Source: Limisphaerales bacterium | Lineage (GTDB): Bacteria > Verrucomicrobiota > Verrucomicrobiia > Limisphaerales > SIBE01 | Direction: 5' to 3' | Length of the DNA stretch: 64,000 nucleotides | Assembly: GCA_044225505.1 (NCBI GenBank) | Contig: JBGAIN010000019.1 | Span: 1 to 64,000, forward strand | Shown here: piece after piece, positions 31,723 to 42,860 of the stretch | Position numbering within the stretch: position 1 is the first letter of the stretch | Layout: each line of letters opens with the position of its first letter | Position numbers and translations under genes: made by a program | Notes under the pieces: generated by a model | What the model saw: only the letters and a program-made list of their open reading frames with translations | Database searches by the model: none | What the model was told of the DNA's origin: nothing

Positions 31723-33057
31723 ATGACGCAACAAGAATTGCCGCTGAGTCGCCGCTCATTCCTCAAACGAGCTGGCGCCGCAGCCCTAATCGCTCCGTTT
31801 ATCACACGAGGGCTGATGGCTGCCTCTCCCAATGAAATGCTTAATCATGCCAGCTTCGGTGCCAACGGCATGGCGTGGGCCGATTTGAGCGAACTCAGCA
31901 AGCACCCGAGTTTCCGATTGGCAGCGGTTGCCGAAGTCGATCTCAAGCGAGCCGACCAGGTTCGCAAGCGCTTTCCGGAAGCTAAGATTTATCAAGATTG
32001 GCGTGAGATGCTCGACAAGGAAAAGGGACTAAATTCGGTAAACGTATCGACGCCGGACCATATGCATGCCCCCATGGGAATGTCCGCCATGCAATTGGGC
32101 TACCATGTCTATGGTCAGAAACCTCTGGCCCACGATATTTACGAGACTCGTCAACTGACCACCACGGCTCGCGACCGCAAGCTCGTGACACAGATGGGCA
32201 TCCAGATTCACAGCAGCTGGGTCTATCGTTTGGGAGTTCGCCTCATCCAGGATTTCGCGATAGGTAAAGTGAAGGAAGTGCACACCTGGAGCAGTAAGAA
32301 ATGGGGAGACACCGAACCGATGCCAACAAGGACGGACCCTATCCCAGAGGGATTCAACTGGGATTCGTGGCTGGGCGTTTGCAGCCCCAGGCCCTTTATC
32401 GGTCAAGGCTGGTATCATCCGAGCAACTGGAGGAAGCGTCTGGACTTCGGAACTGGGACGTTTGGAGACATGGGTTGCCACATCTACGATCCGGTCTTCA
32501 AAGCGCTAGCCCTGACGGCTCCGATTTCTGTGCGATCTGAGGGGCCCAAACCAAACGAACATAGCTGGGCGATCGATGCGGTCATTCACTACGTGTTTCC
32601 TGGAACGACCTATACGGAAGGAAAAACGGTCGCCGTCACTTGGTATGACGGGGATGCCAAACCGCCCCAAGAAATCCTGGCGTTGCTCGGTGCCGAGAAA
32701 ATGCCTGACCAAGGTTCGATCTTTGTCGGCACCAAAGGCGTTCTTGTCCTTCCTCACGTCGACAAGCCCATCTTACTCCCGGTCGAGCAGTTCAAGGACT
32801 ATCCCATGCCCCAAGTCGCGGGGAATGATCATTGGGCTCAGTTCGTCGACGCCTGCTTAGGCAAAGGGAAAACAGCAGCTAATTTTGGCTATGCGGGTCC
32901 CCTGACGGAGGCCGTCCTGTTAGGGAGCGTCGCGACTCGGTTTCCATCGACGACTTTGGAGTGGGACGGGCCTGCCGTTCGGTTCACAAATGTCGTCGAT
33001 GCCAATCGGTTTTTACGGAGGTCGTATCGTCCCGGATGGGAAGTTCGCGGACTATAA
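31723..33057 (+). CDS. Tat-exported Gfo/Idh/MocA family oxidoreductase
   Basis: SRRSFLK signal; STPDHMH, HVYGQKPL, DFGTGTFGDMGCH. Confidence 0.9.
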   Translation: MTQQELPLSRRSFLKRAGAAALIAPFITRGLMAASPNEMLNHASFGANGMAWADLSELSKHPSFRLAAVAEVDLKRADQVRKRFPEAKIYQDWREMLDKEKGLNSVNVSTPDHMHAPMGMSAMQLGYHVYGQKPLAHDIYETRQLTTTARDRKLVTQMGIQIHSSWVYRLGVRLIQDFAIGKVKEVHTWSSKKWGDTEPMPTRTDPIPEGFNWDSWLGVCSPRPFIGQGWYHPSNWRKRLDFGTGTFGDMGCHIYDPVFKALALTAPISVRSEGPKPNEHSWAIDAVIHYVFPGTTYTEGKTVAVTWYDGDAKPPQEILALLGAEKMPDQGSIFVGTKGVLVLPHVDKPILLPVEQFKDYPMPQVAGNDHWAQFVDACLGKGKTAANFGYAGPLTEAVLLGSVATRFPSTTLEWDGPAVRFTNVVDANRFLRRSYRPGWEVRGL

Positions 33058-33074
33058 AAGATCTCAACCACACA

Positions 33075-33103
33075 GGCGCGTTCGTGACGATCGCGAACGC
33101 GCC
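33075..33103. terminator. GC-rich hairpin between convergent genes
   Basis: ggcgcgttcg-N9-cgaacgcgcc perfect 10-bp stem; no clear U-tract. Confidence 0.45.
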
Positions 33104-33106
33104 GAG

Positions 33107-34081
33107 TCACCCGTGAGCCACTGGCGCTCGGTCTTCAGCGGGCCGCGTTGGCGGCGGTACGCTTAGTTCAGCCACGGACTTCTTGGCGAGGAGCAATTCC
33201 GCAGCTTTCCTCCGGCAGACTTTGACGAACTCTTCCTCCGCCAAGGTCAGCCGACCTTGCACACGGTGCCCGATACGCCACGGACGAGACAGGCGCCTAT
33301 TCCCCAATGGCCGCAGCTTGACAAGGCCTGCCTGCAATTCAGGCCCCAACACCCACGGCGCGGCAATTGCCACGCCGAGGTTGCGTCGCACCAGCGCCAA
33401 CGCAGCGCCAATACTCCGAACCTCCATAAACGGCGTCGGCTCAATCCCGTGGTCGGCAAAATATTGGTAAATGAGTCTGGACGTTGCGCCACCGCGGCTT
33501 GGCAACAGCAGCGGTTGCCGAGCAATCTCTTGACGCGATAGGGCTTGACCTTGCGCCCAGGGATGCTCTGGGGAAAAGGCAAATAGGAGCTCGTCCTCGA
33601 ACAGCGGCTGCAGTTCGAAGTCCGGAGACGGTGGCGGATCAACCGTGATCGCCAAATCGATGCGGTGCTCGCGCAAAAGCTCGAGCAGCGTTCCGCTTGG
33701 ACCGCTCTCGACAGCGAGAAAAACTCTTGGAAACTCCCGGTGGACTTCAGCAATGACCTGCGGCAGCAAACACTGACAAATTGTCTCGGGCGCACCCACG
33801 CGAAGCCGTCCTTGTCCCCAGCGCGCCAACCCTTTTAACGAAGACGCGGCACGTTCCAAAGCCGCGAGCGGCTCCTGCACTCCCTCCAACAACTGCTCGC
33901 CAGCTTGGTTCAGGACGAGTTTCTTCCCGGTTCGATCGAACAACCTCACCCCTAATTGCGACTCTAAAGCTTTCAGGCCGTGACTGAGCGCTGACGTACT
34001 CAAATGCAGATCTCGAGAAGCTGCAGGCAGTGCGCCGTGACTAGCGATGGCCGTAAAGATTCGAAGTAGCCGAGTATCCAT
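33107..34081 (-). CDS. LysR-family regulator divergent from the urea operon
   Basis: MDTRLLRIF...STSALSHGLKALESQLGVRLFDR HTH. Confidence 0.9.
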   Translation of the reverse strand: MDTRLLRIFTAIASHGALPAASRDLHLSTSALSHGLKALESQLGVRLFDRTGKKLVLNQAGEQLLEGVQEPLAALERAASSLKGLARWGQGRLRVGAPETICQCLLPQVIAEVHREFPRVFLAVESGPSGTLLELLREHRIDLAITVDPPPSPDFELQPLFEDELLFAFSPEHPWAQGQALSRQEIARQPLLLPSRGGATSRLIYQYFADHGIEPTPFMEVRSIGAALALVRRNLGVAIAAPWVLGPELQAGLVKLRPLGNRRLSRPWRIGHRVQGRLTLAEEEFVKVCRRKAAELLLAKKSVAELSVPPPTRPAEDRAPVAHG

Positions 34082-34645
34082 GACTTAGTCCACGCCTGAC
34101 GGAAGCGCGGCCAAAACGATCCTCCCGGTTGACCCCTTGGTAACAGACCTTGGAACTAGAGACATTGCCCGCACAGAACGCCCATCAAGCACATTGGATA
34201 CCGCGGAGCGTTCGTGGCAAGCCTCGGTGAGGGTTGCGCCCATCATTCCTCTGGCGCCGCGCCGGCAGTACGCTCGCTGAAATGCGGCTGGGACAACACT
34301 TGCAAGCTGTTTCCAGGCTGATCGTTCGGTAGGATCACGATGATTAGGCATTATTCATTACGATACTCTCGAGTCGACCACCTCCCAGCGACGTTCGAAA
34401 TAGACCACTCCATCTGATCGACTCCTATCAGTCTGATCAAATCCAGCCACAAAACTGCAAGATCTGCGTCGCCTTTCCCAACTCAAGTCACCTTTCTCAA
34501 GTCTTGCAAGCAACCGGCGGCACTCTGGCTTCCCTGGCGGCAGTTCGTTGCCATCAGCTCTGGGCGGCTCCTTTGCGTTCATGTGAATATTACGCAACGA
34601 TTTGTTGAATTCTTTGCACCGTTGAAATGAGACAACTCCAGCCGT

Positions 34646-34661
34646 TGGCATTCCCGTTGCA
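34646..34661 (+). promoter_or_regulatory. Sigma-54 (-24/-12) promoter of the urea uptake/urease operon
   Basis: TGGCATTCCCGTTGCA has exact GG-N10-GC spacing and closely matches TGGCAC-N5-TTGCA, about 120 bp upstream of the porin start. Confidence 0.8.
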
Positions 34662-34778
34662 CTGGTGCGAGCCCGAGTAACCTCAAGAACAGGAGCAGTC
34701 CCACGCACCAGTTGGGCCTGCGGTGATCTCCACCGCCTCCTTTTTTGGGAACGCTCTATACCCCAATCAAACACATCG

Positions 34779-36062
34779 ATGAAATCGAAGAAACGAAACC
34801 ACAAACTGCGAACGCGAGCGGTTCTCCAGGCTTGCTTAGGGAGCACGCTCGCGATGACCGGCTCGTGCTTGCTCCCGACCGCTTGGGCACAAGACGCGCG
34901 CCTTGAGAAGATGGAGAGAGAGAACCAGGAACTACGTAGCCGCTTGGACACCTTGGAAACCATCGCTAAGAAGGAAGGAATCCTACCGAGCGGCCAGACA
35001 CCGCCGAAGTTCGTCTCCGCGTTATCCGATATTAGCATCAGCGGCTTCGTCCAAGCCTCTTACTTCTTCAATACACGCGAACCCGCCGACCGGCAGTCCG
35101 ATGCTTACCTCTGGAACACAACCCACAACTCTTTTTCCATTAACAAAGTCAAAGTTACACTGGCGAGTAAACCCGCCGAACGTAGCGGCGAAAAATTCGA
35201 TGCGGGTTTTCGCACGTCGCTGATTTGGGGCGAAGACGCACCCGTCTTAAACACTGGAAACCCCATTGGCGGCCTGGAAGCATTGCGCGAGGCGTATGTC
35301 GACTTAAACGTCCCAATTGGAACCGGGCTCAACGTTAAGGCCGGTCAATTGATCTCTCTGCTAAATTGGGAGTCCGGAGACGGCGGCGCGGCCAACCCGA
35401 ACTTCTCTCAGGGTTACCAGTGGTTCTTCACGGGCAATGGCCCTTCCGCCGGTGTGCAATTGGGCTACACATTCACCGACTGGTTGGACCTCAAAGTGCG
35501 CGTTCAAAACGGAATGTACGCGGGGCCGATCGATTCCAACAACGGCAAGACACTCATTGGCAGCATCGGCATCAAACCCGACAGCAAGACTTGGTTTAAC
35601 TTAATTGGTTTCGGGGGTGACGAAACCACCAAGCTTTCTGTTAAAGGTGGATCCTTGCTCGCGGGACGCGATTGGACATCTGATTTCCACAGCGGACTGG
35701 AGTTCGACTATTTCAACTTCGATCCGAGCGGCGCGGCCAGTGGCGACCTATGGTCGATCGGCGGCTGGGTCTGGTACGACTTCACCGCCATGGTCGGCTT
35801 GGCTTTGCGGGCAGAATACCTGGATGACGAAAAAGGCCTGGGCTTGAAAGGCATCAATCTACCCGGACGCGGGAGCAGTGCGCTGCTTTCGTCGGACGTG
35901 GATGGTGACCTGTCAAGTATCACGTTGACCTTGAATTTACGTCCAACAGCCAATCTCCGCATCCAGCCGGAAATTCGCTATGACCACACGTCGTACGCAG
36001 GTGGCTTGGATGGCAAGAAAGACCGATTCATCGTCGGCGCTGGCGTGACCTACGTCTTTTAA
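34779..36062 (+). CDS. Outer-membrane beta-barrel porin with N-terminal coiled coil
   Basis: Signal peptide, short coiled coil, amphipathic strands, EIRYD, C-terminal VTYVF; first gene of the urt operon. Confidence 0.8.
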   Translation: MKSKKRNHKLRTRAVLQACLGSTLAMTGSCLLPTAWAQDARLEKMERENQELRSRLDTLETIAKKEGILPSGQTPPKFVSALSDISISGFVQASYFFNTREPADRQSDAYLWNTTHNSFSINKVKVTLASKPAERSGEKFDAGFRTSLIWGEDAPVLNTGNPIGGLEALREAYVDLNVPIGTGLNVKAGQLISLLNWESGDGGAANPNFSQGYQWFFTGNGPSAGVQLGYTFTDWLDLKVRVQNGMYAGPIDSNNGKTLIGSIGIKPDSKTWFNLIGFGGDETTKLSVKGGSLLAGRDWTSDFHSGLEFDYFNFDPSGAASGDLWSIGGWVWYDFTAMVGLALRAEYLDDEKGLGLKGINLPGRGSSALLSSDVDGDLSSITLTLNLRPTANLRIQPEIRYDHTSYAGGLDGKKDRFIVGAGVTYVF

Positions 36063-36106
36063 TACTGGAAACACACTCATTCACAAACAAACAAGAAAGG
36101 ACCTCA

Positions 36107-37390
36107 ATGAAAGCATCTATTCTGAAACTATCCTACGGCTTGCTGGCCGCAGCGATGTTGTGGACTGCCCAAGCGGCGGAGACGGTCAAGGTAGGCATCT
36201 TACACTCGCTTAGCGGCACGATGGCGATCAGTGAGACATCGCTCCGCGACGTGCTTCTATTCACATTCGATGAAATCAACAAAGCTGGCGGAGTTAAGAT
36301 CGGCGGGAAGAGTTACATGATCGAACCCGTGATCGTCGATGGCGCCTCGAACTGGCCGCTATTTGCTGAGAAAGCCAAACAGTTGCTTGAGCAAGACAAG
36401 GTCGCTGTCGTCTTTGGCTGCTGGACCTCTGTCAGTCGCAAGTCTGTGCTCCCGGTGTTTGAGAAAGACAACGGGTTGCTCTTCTACCCAGTGCAGTACG
36501 AGGGCGAAGAACTCTCCAAGAATATCTTCTACACGGCGGAGGCCGTGAATCAGCAAGCGACTCCAGCGGTCGATTACCTCCTTGCCCAAGGAAAGAAGAA
36601 ATTCTATCTCATCGGGACCGACTACGTTTATCCGCAAACAACCAACTTAATCCTCTACAAGTATCTCCTCTTGCACGGAATCACACTTGAGAACATTGGC
36701 GGAGGCCTTCGCAAGGATGATTCAGGAAAAGTCATTTCGGCGGGTAAATACACCCCATTTGGTCACACCGACTACCAACAGATTGTCTCGGAAATCAAGC
36801 AGTTTGCAGCTTCCGGCGACGCCTGCGTAATCAACACCATCAACGGCGATTCCAACGTGCCATTCTTCAAGGAAATTGCCGCGTCGGGACTGACTCCATC
36901 CGATTGTCCGGTCGTCTCGTTCAGTCTCGCGGAAGACGAACTGCGCGCGCTTCCGACAAAGGACTTGGTCGGCGAACTGGGATGTTGGACCTATTTCATG
37001 TCCTTAAACACCTCTGAAAACAAAAGCTTCCTGAAGCGTTGGGACTCTTGGCTCAAAGGTCAAAAATATCCAGGCGTGGTCAAAGAGAAGCGAGCCATGG
37101 ATAGTCCAATGGTGCTCTCCTACAACGGGGTTTATCTCTGGAAGACTGCGGTCGAGAAGGCTGGCACCTTCAATGTAGACAAGGTCCGCGATACCTTAGA
37201 ATCGGGCATTAGCTTCAACGGCCCTGGTGGCAAAATAACCATGACCAAGAATCACCACGCCACCAAGAACGTGTATATCGGAGAGACGCGCGCGAACGGA
37301 CAATTCAAGATTCTGAAAACCTTTGATCAAGTTCCAGGCGAACCCTTCCTGCTCAAAGACCTGGATGAGAAGTTATCCGCCATGAAGTAG
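36107..37390 (+). CDS. urtA: Urea ABC transporter substrate-binding protein
   Basis: [44 protein letters not shown]. Confidence 0.93.
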   Translation: MKASILKLSYGLLAAAMLWTAQAAETVKVGILHSLSGTMAISETSLRDVLLFTFDEINKAGGVKIGGKSYMIEPVIVDGASNWPLFAEKAKQLLEQDKVAVVFGCWTSVSRKSVLPVFEKDNGLLFYPVQYEGEELSKNIFYTAEAVNQQATPAVDYLLAQGKKKFYLIGTDYVYPQTTNLILYKYLLLHGITLENIGGGLRKDDSGKVISAGKYTPFGHTDYQQIVSEIKQFAASGDACVINTINGDSNVPFFKEIAASGLTPSDCPVVSFSLAEDELRALPTKDLVGELGCWTYFMSLNTSENKSFLKRWDSWLKGQKYPGVVKEKRAMDSPMVLSYNGVYLWKTAVEKAGTFNVDKVRDTLESGISFNGPGGKITMTKNHHATKNVYIGETRANGQFKILKTFDQVPGEPFLLKDLDEKLSAMK

Positions 37391-37480
37391 CCACGAATGC
37401 GCTGCCGCTAAGTGAAGGCACTCCTTCCATTCGCAAGCTCAAACGACGGGTCCGACCCCCGTCCTCGGCATCATCTCCTG

Positions 37481-39220
37481 GTGAAAAACATCCGTCTGCT
37501 CTGGATCTTCTGCCTTAGCCTCTCGACGCTCTTCGCCGCAGAGAAGCCCCCAGGGGACCTTGAAGTGCGCCAGTCTCTCGCGCGCGCCATCGTTGCAGAA
37601 GGAAAAGAACAACTAGACTTGCTCCAAACCCTTTCAGAGTCGGGCTCGCGGTTTGCGCGAGACGTACTGAGCGCTTGGACGAGGGACGGCGTTTACCTCT
37701 ACGAGGCCTCAGACGGAGTGAAAACTCCGGTCCAATTGGAGGACCAACCCGATGCGAACGCCCCCGCTCGCGCATTGCGAATCGATACGGGTGAACCTGT
37801 CAAAGACGCAACCGGCGCGGAAATGCGCTTCACGTCGAGCGATCTGACAGCAGCGGACACGGACTCGAATCTGCGTGCGACCATTCAACAAGCCCTCGAT
37901 ATGCTCGCGCTGGCGGATCCCGACCCTGAAGCGCGGCGTTCGGTGGTCATGAAACTGGCCAATTCGGGCAAGGCGAAGTACCTGGGTTTACTCCAAGCTC
38001 GCGCTGAACGTGAGGCGGATCCGTCAGTAAAGAGGACCATTCACGAAGGGGTGGCTCTCCTGCAACTGACGGTAGGCGACAAGGCCGCGCAGCTCTTCGC
38101 GGTGCAGGAATTGGCTCGGCTTAACTCGATCGCCAGCGTGGATCAACTGAAAACTCTCATCGCGTCTTCAAAAACAGATCCTGGAGTCGCAACCGCTGCC
38201 AAGTCTGCACTTCGTTCAATCAACGAGCACATTTCCTGGGTAAACTTTTTTGGAACATTGTTCCGTGGACTCAGCCTCGGGTCTGTTCTTCTGGTCGTCG
38301 CCTTGGGTTTGGCAATAACGTTTGGTTTGATGGGCATCATCAATATGGCCCACGGCGAGATGATCGCTATCGGAGCGTATACCTGCTACGTGGTGCAGAA
38401 CGTCATGGGAAGCGGCTTCGGATTCTCGGTCACCCTCCCATTCCAATTTGCGGGTAACCCCATTAGCTTCGGTCTACACTTGCCCGGCTTCAATGCGACG
38501 GGTTGGTGGTACGAAAGCTATTTTCTTTTCGCGCTGCCGCTGAGTTTTATGGCTGCCGCCCTGGCTGGTCTCGCGATAGAACGGGCCGTCATCCAGTTTC
38601 TGTACCGACGTCCGCTCGAATCACTCCTCGCCACCTGGGGCATTTCGCTAGTGATGCAGCAGTGTTTTCGCATGGTTTTCGGAGCCAACAATGTCCAAGT
38701 CAACTCGCCATCCTGGCTGCAGGGCCATTTCTCTATCCACGATGTCATTTTTGGATATAACCGAGTCTTTGTGATCGGCTTTGCAGTCTTGATCGTCGTC
38801 GGCACTTGGCTGCTCCTAACACGAACACCCCTTGGACTCTTGATCCGCGCCGTGATGCAAAACCGGGGGATGGCCTCCTGTATGGGAGTGCGCACCGATC
38901 GAGTCAACCGACTCACGTTCGCATTTGGCTCTGGTCTGGCCGGGTTGGCCGGAGCGTTCCTATCCCAAATCGGCAATGTCGGTCCGAGCCTGGGTCAAAC
39001 CTACATTGTAGATAGCTTTATGACGGTGGTCGTCGGCGGCGTGGGCAGTATCGCGGGAACGGTTTGCTCCGCGATCGGGATCGGGACGGCAGATCAGATT
39101 CTTCAACAAACCACCGGTTCACCCGTGACCGGTAAGATCGTCGTGCTTCTGGCGATCATTCTTTTTCTCCAATGGAAACCCGGCGGCTTGTTTGCCATGC
39201 GCAGCCGCAGTTTGGACTAG
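37481..39220 (+). CDS. urtB: Urea ABC transporter permease with periplasmic HEAT-like N-domain
   Basis: GLAITFGLMGIINMAHGE, RPLESLLATWG, DSFMTVVVGGVG; GTG start inferred. Confidence 0.9.
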   Translation: MKNIRLLWIFCLSLSTLFAAEKPPGDLEVRQSLARAIVAEGKEQLDLLQTLSESGSRFARDVLSAWTRDGVYLYEASDGVKTPVQLEDQPDANAPARALRIDTGEPVKDATGAEMRFTSSDLTAADTDSNLRATIQQALDMLALADPDPEARRSVVMKLANSGKAKYLGLLQARAEREADPSVKRTIHEGVALLQLTVGDKAAQLFAVQELARLNSIASVDQLKTLIASSKTDPGVATAAKSALRSINEHISWVNFFGTLFRGLSLGSVLLVVALGLAITFGLMGIINMAHGEMIAIGAYTCYVVQNVMGSGFGFSVTLPFQFAGNPISFGLHLPGFNATGWWYESYFLFALPLSFMAAALAGLAIERAVIQFLYRRPLESLLATWGISLVMQQCFRMVFGANNVQVNSPSWLQGHFSIHDVIFGYNRVFVIGFAVLIVVGTWLLLTRTPLGLLIRAVMQNRGMASCMGVRTDRVNRLTFAFGSGLAGLAGAFLSQIGNVGPSLGQTYIVDSFMTVVVGGVGSIAGTVCSAIGIGTADQILQQTTGSPVTGKIVVLLAIILFLQWKPGGLFAMRSRSLD

Positions 39221-39224
39221 TCTC

Positions 39225-40382
39225 GTGCGCTTCACTTCTCTAAAGCTCGAACAGTGGTGCATCTTTGCAGGAGCAGTCTTCCTCATTGCGGTGCTGCCAG
39301 GCCTCAACGCGTGGCTACCAGTTGACAATCCTTTCCACGTCAGCAATTTCACAATCAACCTCTACGGGAAATATGTGTGTTACGCGATGCTGGCGATTAG
39401 CGTGGACTTGCTGTGGGGCTATACCGGACTGTTGAGTCTTGGGCAGGCGCTGTTCTTCACCTTGGGTGGCTACATGATGGGCATGTACCTGATGCGCCAA
39501 ATCGGAACCCTGGGGCAGTACCATCAGCCGATCCCTGACTTTCTGGTTTTCTTGGGCTGGAGCACGCTTCCGACATTCTGGCGGCCATTCTCCAATTTCC
39601 CATTCGCTCTGGCGATGGGGTTTCTGTTGCCAGCCGCCTTGGCCCTGGTGTTTGGTTATCTCGCATTTCGCTCTCGAATTCGCGGCGTCTACTTCTCCAT
39701 TCTGACGCAGGCATTGACCTATGGAGCATGCCTTCTCTTCTTTCGAAACAGTTTGCTCATGGGAGGAAACAATGGATTTACGGACTTTAAGTTCATTCTG
39801 GGCCACGATGTCCGGTCGCCCGCCACGCAGCGTGGCTTGTACATCTTCAGCGCTTGTTGTTTGCTTGGCGTCTTTCTGGGTTGCCGATGGCTCAGTCGAA
39901 CCAAGTTTGGGCTCGTGCAGCGGGCCATCCGCGACAGTGAAAACCGCGTTTTATTCAGCGGCTATGCCGCTGGGAACTACAAACTCTTCATCTTCGTACT
40001 GAGTGCCATGATCGCGTCCGCCGGTGGAATTCTTTATGTTCCTCAGATCGGCATTATCAATCCGAGCGAGATGCAACCGGACAAGTCCCTGGAAGCAGTC
40101 ATCTGGGTGGCGGTCGGTGGACGCGGAACACTTATTGGACCTGTCTTGGGCGCCTTTGGGGTAAACATCTTAAAAAGTTGGGCTACCCGCGCATATCCCG
40201 ATTCGTGGCTCCTCTTTCTGGGAGCGCTCTTTGTTCTGGCGACACTGTTCTTGCCGAAGGGCATCGTCGGTCTCCCTAGCCAAATTCAAACGTGGAGACG
40301 CCGCTGGTCATCCAAGCCAACAGGAGCTTCGAATCGAGCGGCGGTCCCGACTCCGAAACGACTGGCAGAATCCGAGCCATGA
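39225..40382 (+). CDS. urtC: Urea ABC transporter permease
   Basis: DLLWGYTGLLSLGQ, GVYFSILTQAL, GGNNGFT, AIRDSENR, WVAVGGRGTL. Confidence 0.92.
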   Translation: MRFTSLKLEQWCIFAGAVFLIAVLPGLNAWLPVDNPFHVSNFTINLYGKYVCYAMLAISVDLLWGYTGLLSLGQALFFTLGGYMMGMYLMRQIGTLGQYHQPIPDFLVFLGWSTLPTFWRPFSNFPFALAMGFLLPAALALVFGYLAFRSRIRGVYFSILTQALTYGACLLFFRNSLLMGGNNGFTDFKFILGHDVRSPATQRGLYIFSACCLLGVFLGCRWLSRTKFGLVQRAIRDSENRVLFSGYAAGNYKLFIFVLSAMIASAGGILYVPQIGIINPSEMQPDKSLEAVIWVAVGGRGTLIGPVLGAFGVNILKSWATRAYPDSWLLFLGALFVLATLFLPKGIVGLPSQIQTWRRRWSSKPTGASNRAAVPTPKRLAESEP

Positions 40383-41158
40383 CGCCTCATACTTCTCCAA
40401 TTCTGTCACTCGAAGGCGTCTACAAGAGCTTTGAAGGGTTCGAGGCCATTTCGAATCTGACGTTTTACCTTGACGAAGGCGAACTCCGAGTGGTGATAGG
40501 ACCTAATGGCGCCGGTAAAAGCACCATGCTCGATCTGATCACCGGACGCACCAAACCGGACAAAGGCAGGATTGAGTTCGGGAAAGACACGGATCTGACC
40601 GCACTGGGCGAGTACCAAATCAATCGCCTCGGGATCGGACGAAAGTTCCAGACGCCGTCTGTCTACGTCGATCACACCGTTTTCGAAAACCTTTGGCTCT
40701 CGCTTAAAGGGAGCCGGGCCGTTTGGACAACTATTTTTGCCCGACTCACTCCCGACGACCGGGAGCGTATCCAGCATCTCCTGCGTACCGTTGGACTAGA
40801 GAGCAAGGCGCAGTCGAAAGCCGCCGCGCTCAGCCACGGCGAGAAGCAGTGGCTGGAGATTGGCATGTTGCTCGCCCAGGATCCAAAGGTTTTACTCGTT
40901 GACGAACCGGCGGCCGGGATGACAGATGAAGAGACGCGCAAGACGGGCGATTTGCTCGTTGGTCTTTCCGGAAAGCACAGCATTATTGTCATCGAACACG
41001 ACATGGTCTTTGTTCGCCAAATCGCTCGGAAGGTAACCGTGCTCCATCAAGGCACCGTTCTATGCGAAGGCACGGTTGATCAGGTGCAGAATGATGATCG
41101 AGTCATGGAAGTCTACCTCGGCCGCAAAAAGAAAGAGAAGCAGGTGGCGGTATGCTGA
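40379..41158 (+). CDS. urtD: Urea ABC transporter ATPase
   Basis: GPNGAGKS, GIGRKFQTP, LSHGEKQWLEIGM, DEPAAGM; ATGA overlap with urtC. Confidence 0.93.
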   Translation: MTPHTSPILSLEGVYKSFEGFEAISNLTFYLDEGELRVVIGPNGAGKSTMLDLITGRTKPDKGRIEFGKDTDLTALGEYQINRLGIGRKFQTPSVYVDHTVFENLWLSLKGSRAVWTTIFARLTPDDRERIQHLLRTVGLESKAQSKAAALSHGEKQWLEIGMLLAQDPKVLLVDEPAAGMTDEETRKTGDLLVGLSGKHSIIVIEHDMVFVRQIARKVTVLHQGTVLCEGTVDQVQNDDRVMEVYLGRKKKEKQVAVC

Positions 41159-41907
41159 CCCTCACCGGTTTGAGCGTTTCCTATGATGGTTCGCGCATCC
41201 TGCGGGACGTGAGTTTGACAGTGCCTCCCGGGCAAGTCGTCTGCCTGATGGGCCGGAATGGTGTCGGCAAAACCACGACTCTTAAAGCCATCGTCGGCTT
41301 GGTCAAGCCGGACTCTGGATCCGTGGAGATTGGCGGAAATTCCCTGACCGGATTGAAACCCGACCAGCGCGCGCGGTCAGGGCTGGGCTATGTCCCTCAG
41401 GGCCGGGACATTTTTCCCAACCTGACCGTCTGGGAGAACCTCTGCATCGGCGCGGTCGCGCAGGGCCGAAAGCTCAACGGCGAGGTGGACCGCGTCTTTA
41501 GCCTTTTTCCAGTCCTCAAAGATATGCTCTCTCGCAAAGGGGGTGTCCTCAGCGGGGGCCAGCAACAGCAGCTGGCCATTGGCCGCGCACTGCTCACAAA
41601 TCCGAAAGTCCTCCTGCTGGATGAGCCAACCGAGGGCATCCAGCCAAATATCATCGACCAGATCGGCCATACCATTAAAAAGCTGCGCGATGAAGGTTTC
41701 GGCCACGACTACGCGGAGGAAATCAATGACGCCATTCGCAAGATTCGGGCGGAAGGACGTATGGGCATCTTGCTCGTAGAACAATACCTGGATTTTTGCC
41801 TGGAAGTGGGAAATACGTTTTACATTATGGATCGAGGCGCCATTGTCGCGGAGGGCCCGATTAAGACTCTCAACGATGACCTGGTTAAACTCCATCTGAC
41901 CGTATGA
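41152..41907 (+). CDS. urtE: Urea ABC transporter ATPase
   Basis: GRNGVGKTT, YVPQGRDIF, LSGGQQQQLAI, DEPTEGIQP, LVEQY. Confidence 0.93.
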   Translation: MLTLTGLSVSYDGSRILRDVSLTVPPGQVVCLMGRNGVGKTTTLKAIVGLVKPDSGSVEIGGNSLTGLKPDQRARSGLGYVPQGRDIFPNLTVWENLCIGAVAQGRKLNGEVDRVFSLFPVLKDMLSRKGGVLSGGQQQQLAIGRALLTNPKVLLLDEPTEGIQPNIIDQIGHTIKKLRDEGFGHDYAEEINDAIRKIRAEGRMGILLVEQYLDFCLEVGNTFYIMDRGAIVAEGPIKTLNDDLVKLHLTV

Positions 41908-42007
41908 TCCCCGCCAAGATTTCCTCCCGGACAAATCATGCCAAGCGACAGTTCAAGCGCCGCTGTATCGAAATAAAGCCCCGAACGGTCCTTTCATTCC
42001 ACTGACT

Positions 42008-42850
42008 GTGGTCGCTCCCGCATCCAAGTTTGCACGACCCGCGGGACGCGCCGAAGTCGAAGTGGCGGTCGTCTCCGGCCAGAGCGCAGTCACCCACGCA
42101 CGGGCGACAAGTCCCTTGCGCATTCTAGCACCTCGCCCACGCGGCGAAAGTGCCTGGGTCTACTTGAGCAGTTTGGGCGGGGGATATCTCGCAGGCGACG
42201 AAACGGAGCTCAAGGTGCAGGTAAGAAGCAGGGCGACCATCTTCCTCAGTACCCAAGCGCTCACCAAGGTTTATCGCAATCCCAGCGACCGTCCGTGTGG
42301 TCATCAAACGGTCGCCTCCATTGAATCCGATGGATTTCTCTGCTTCGCACCCGACCCAGTTCAGGCTTTTACCGGCTCGAGCTACCGGCAGAACGGGCGC
42401 TACGATCTGGCGTCGACGGCGAACCTTGTCCTCCTCGACTGGTATTCCTGTGGACGGCACGCTTGCGGAGAACGCTGGGATTTTACCGCGTATAGCAGTC
42501 GCAACGAAATCCGCGTCGACGGCCAACCCATCCTCATTGACGCGTTATCTTTGCGCGCTGCCGACGGGCTGATTGCTTCGGCCCATCGCACCGGTCGATT
42601 CCATTGTCTGGCCACGCTGGCGTTTGTCGGCCCGGCACTTTGCCGGCATGTCGATCGACTGTTGCAAGATATTGCCGCTCGTGCAGTACGACGCCAAGAG
42701 GCTCTCCTCTGCACAGCCAGCGCGCTTCGTGGCGGTGGGATCATCCGCGTCGCGGGCTGTTCCGCCGAGGCTGTCGGACAAGAGCTCAGTCGGTTTCTTA
42801 AACCTCTCCAGGTATTTCTTGGAGACGATCCTTGGCAACGGAAATGGTGA
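42008..42850 (+). CDS. ureD: Urease accessory protein UreD/UreH
   Basis: [33 protein letters not shown]; position before the urease genes. Confidence 0.88.
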   Translation: MVAPASKFARPAGRAEVEVAVVSGQSAVTHARATSPLRILAPRPRGESAWVYLSSLGGGYLAGDETELKVQVRSRATIFLSTQALTKVYRNPSDRPCGHQTVASIESDGFLCFAPDPVQAFTGSSYRQNGRYDLASTANLVLLDWYSCGRHACGERWDFTAYSSRNEIRVDGQPILIDALSLRAADGLIASAHRTGRFHCLATLAFVGPALCRHVDRLLQDIAARAVRRQEALLCTASALRGGGIIRVAGCSAEAVGQELSRFLKPLQVFLGDDPWQRKW

Positions 42851-42860
42851 TTTCTCAATC

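Noticed and set aside
34661..34712. Inverted repeat actggtgcg/cgcaccagt as an NtrC site
   Set aside because: Half-sites have the wrong orientation and spacing and lie downstream of the promoter
34358..35038. 226-aa minus-strand ORF
   Set aside because: Antisense to the porin gene and its promoter, with no recognisable motifs
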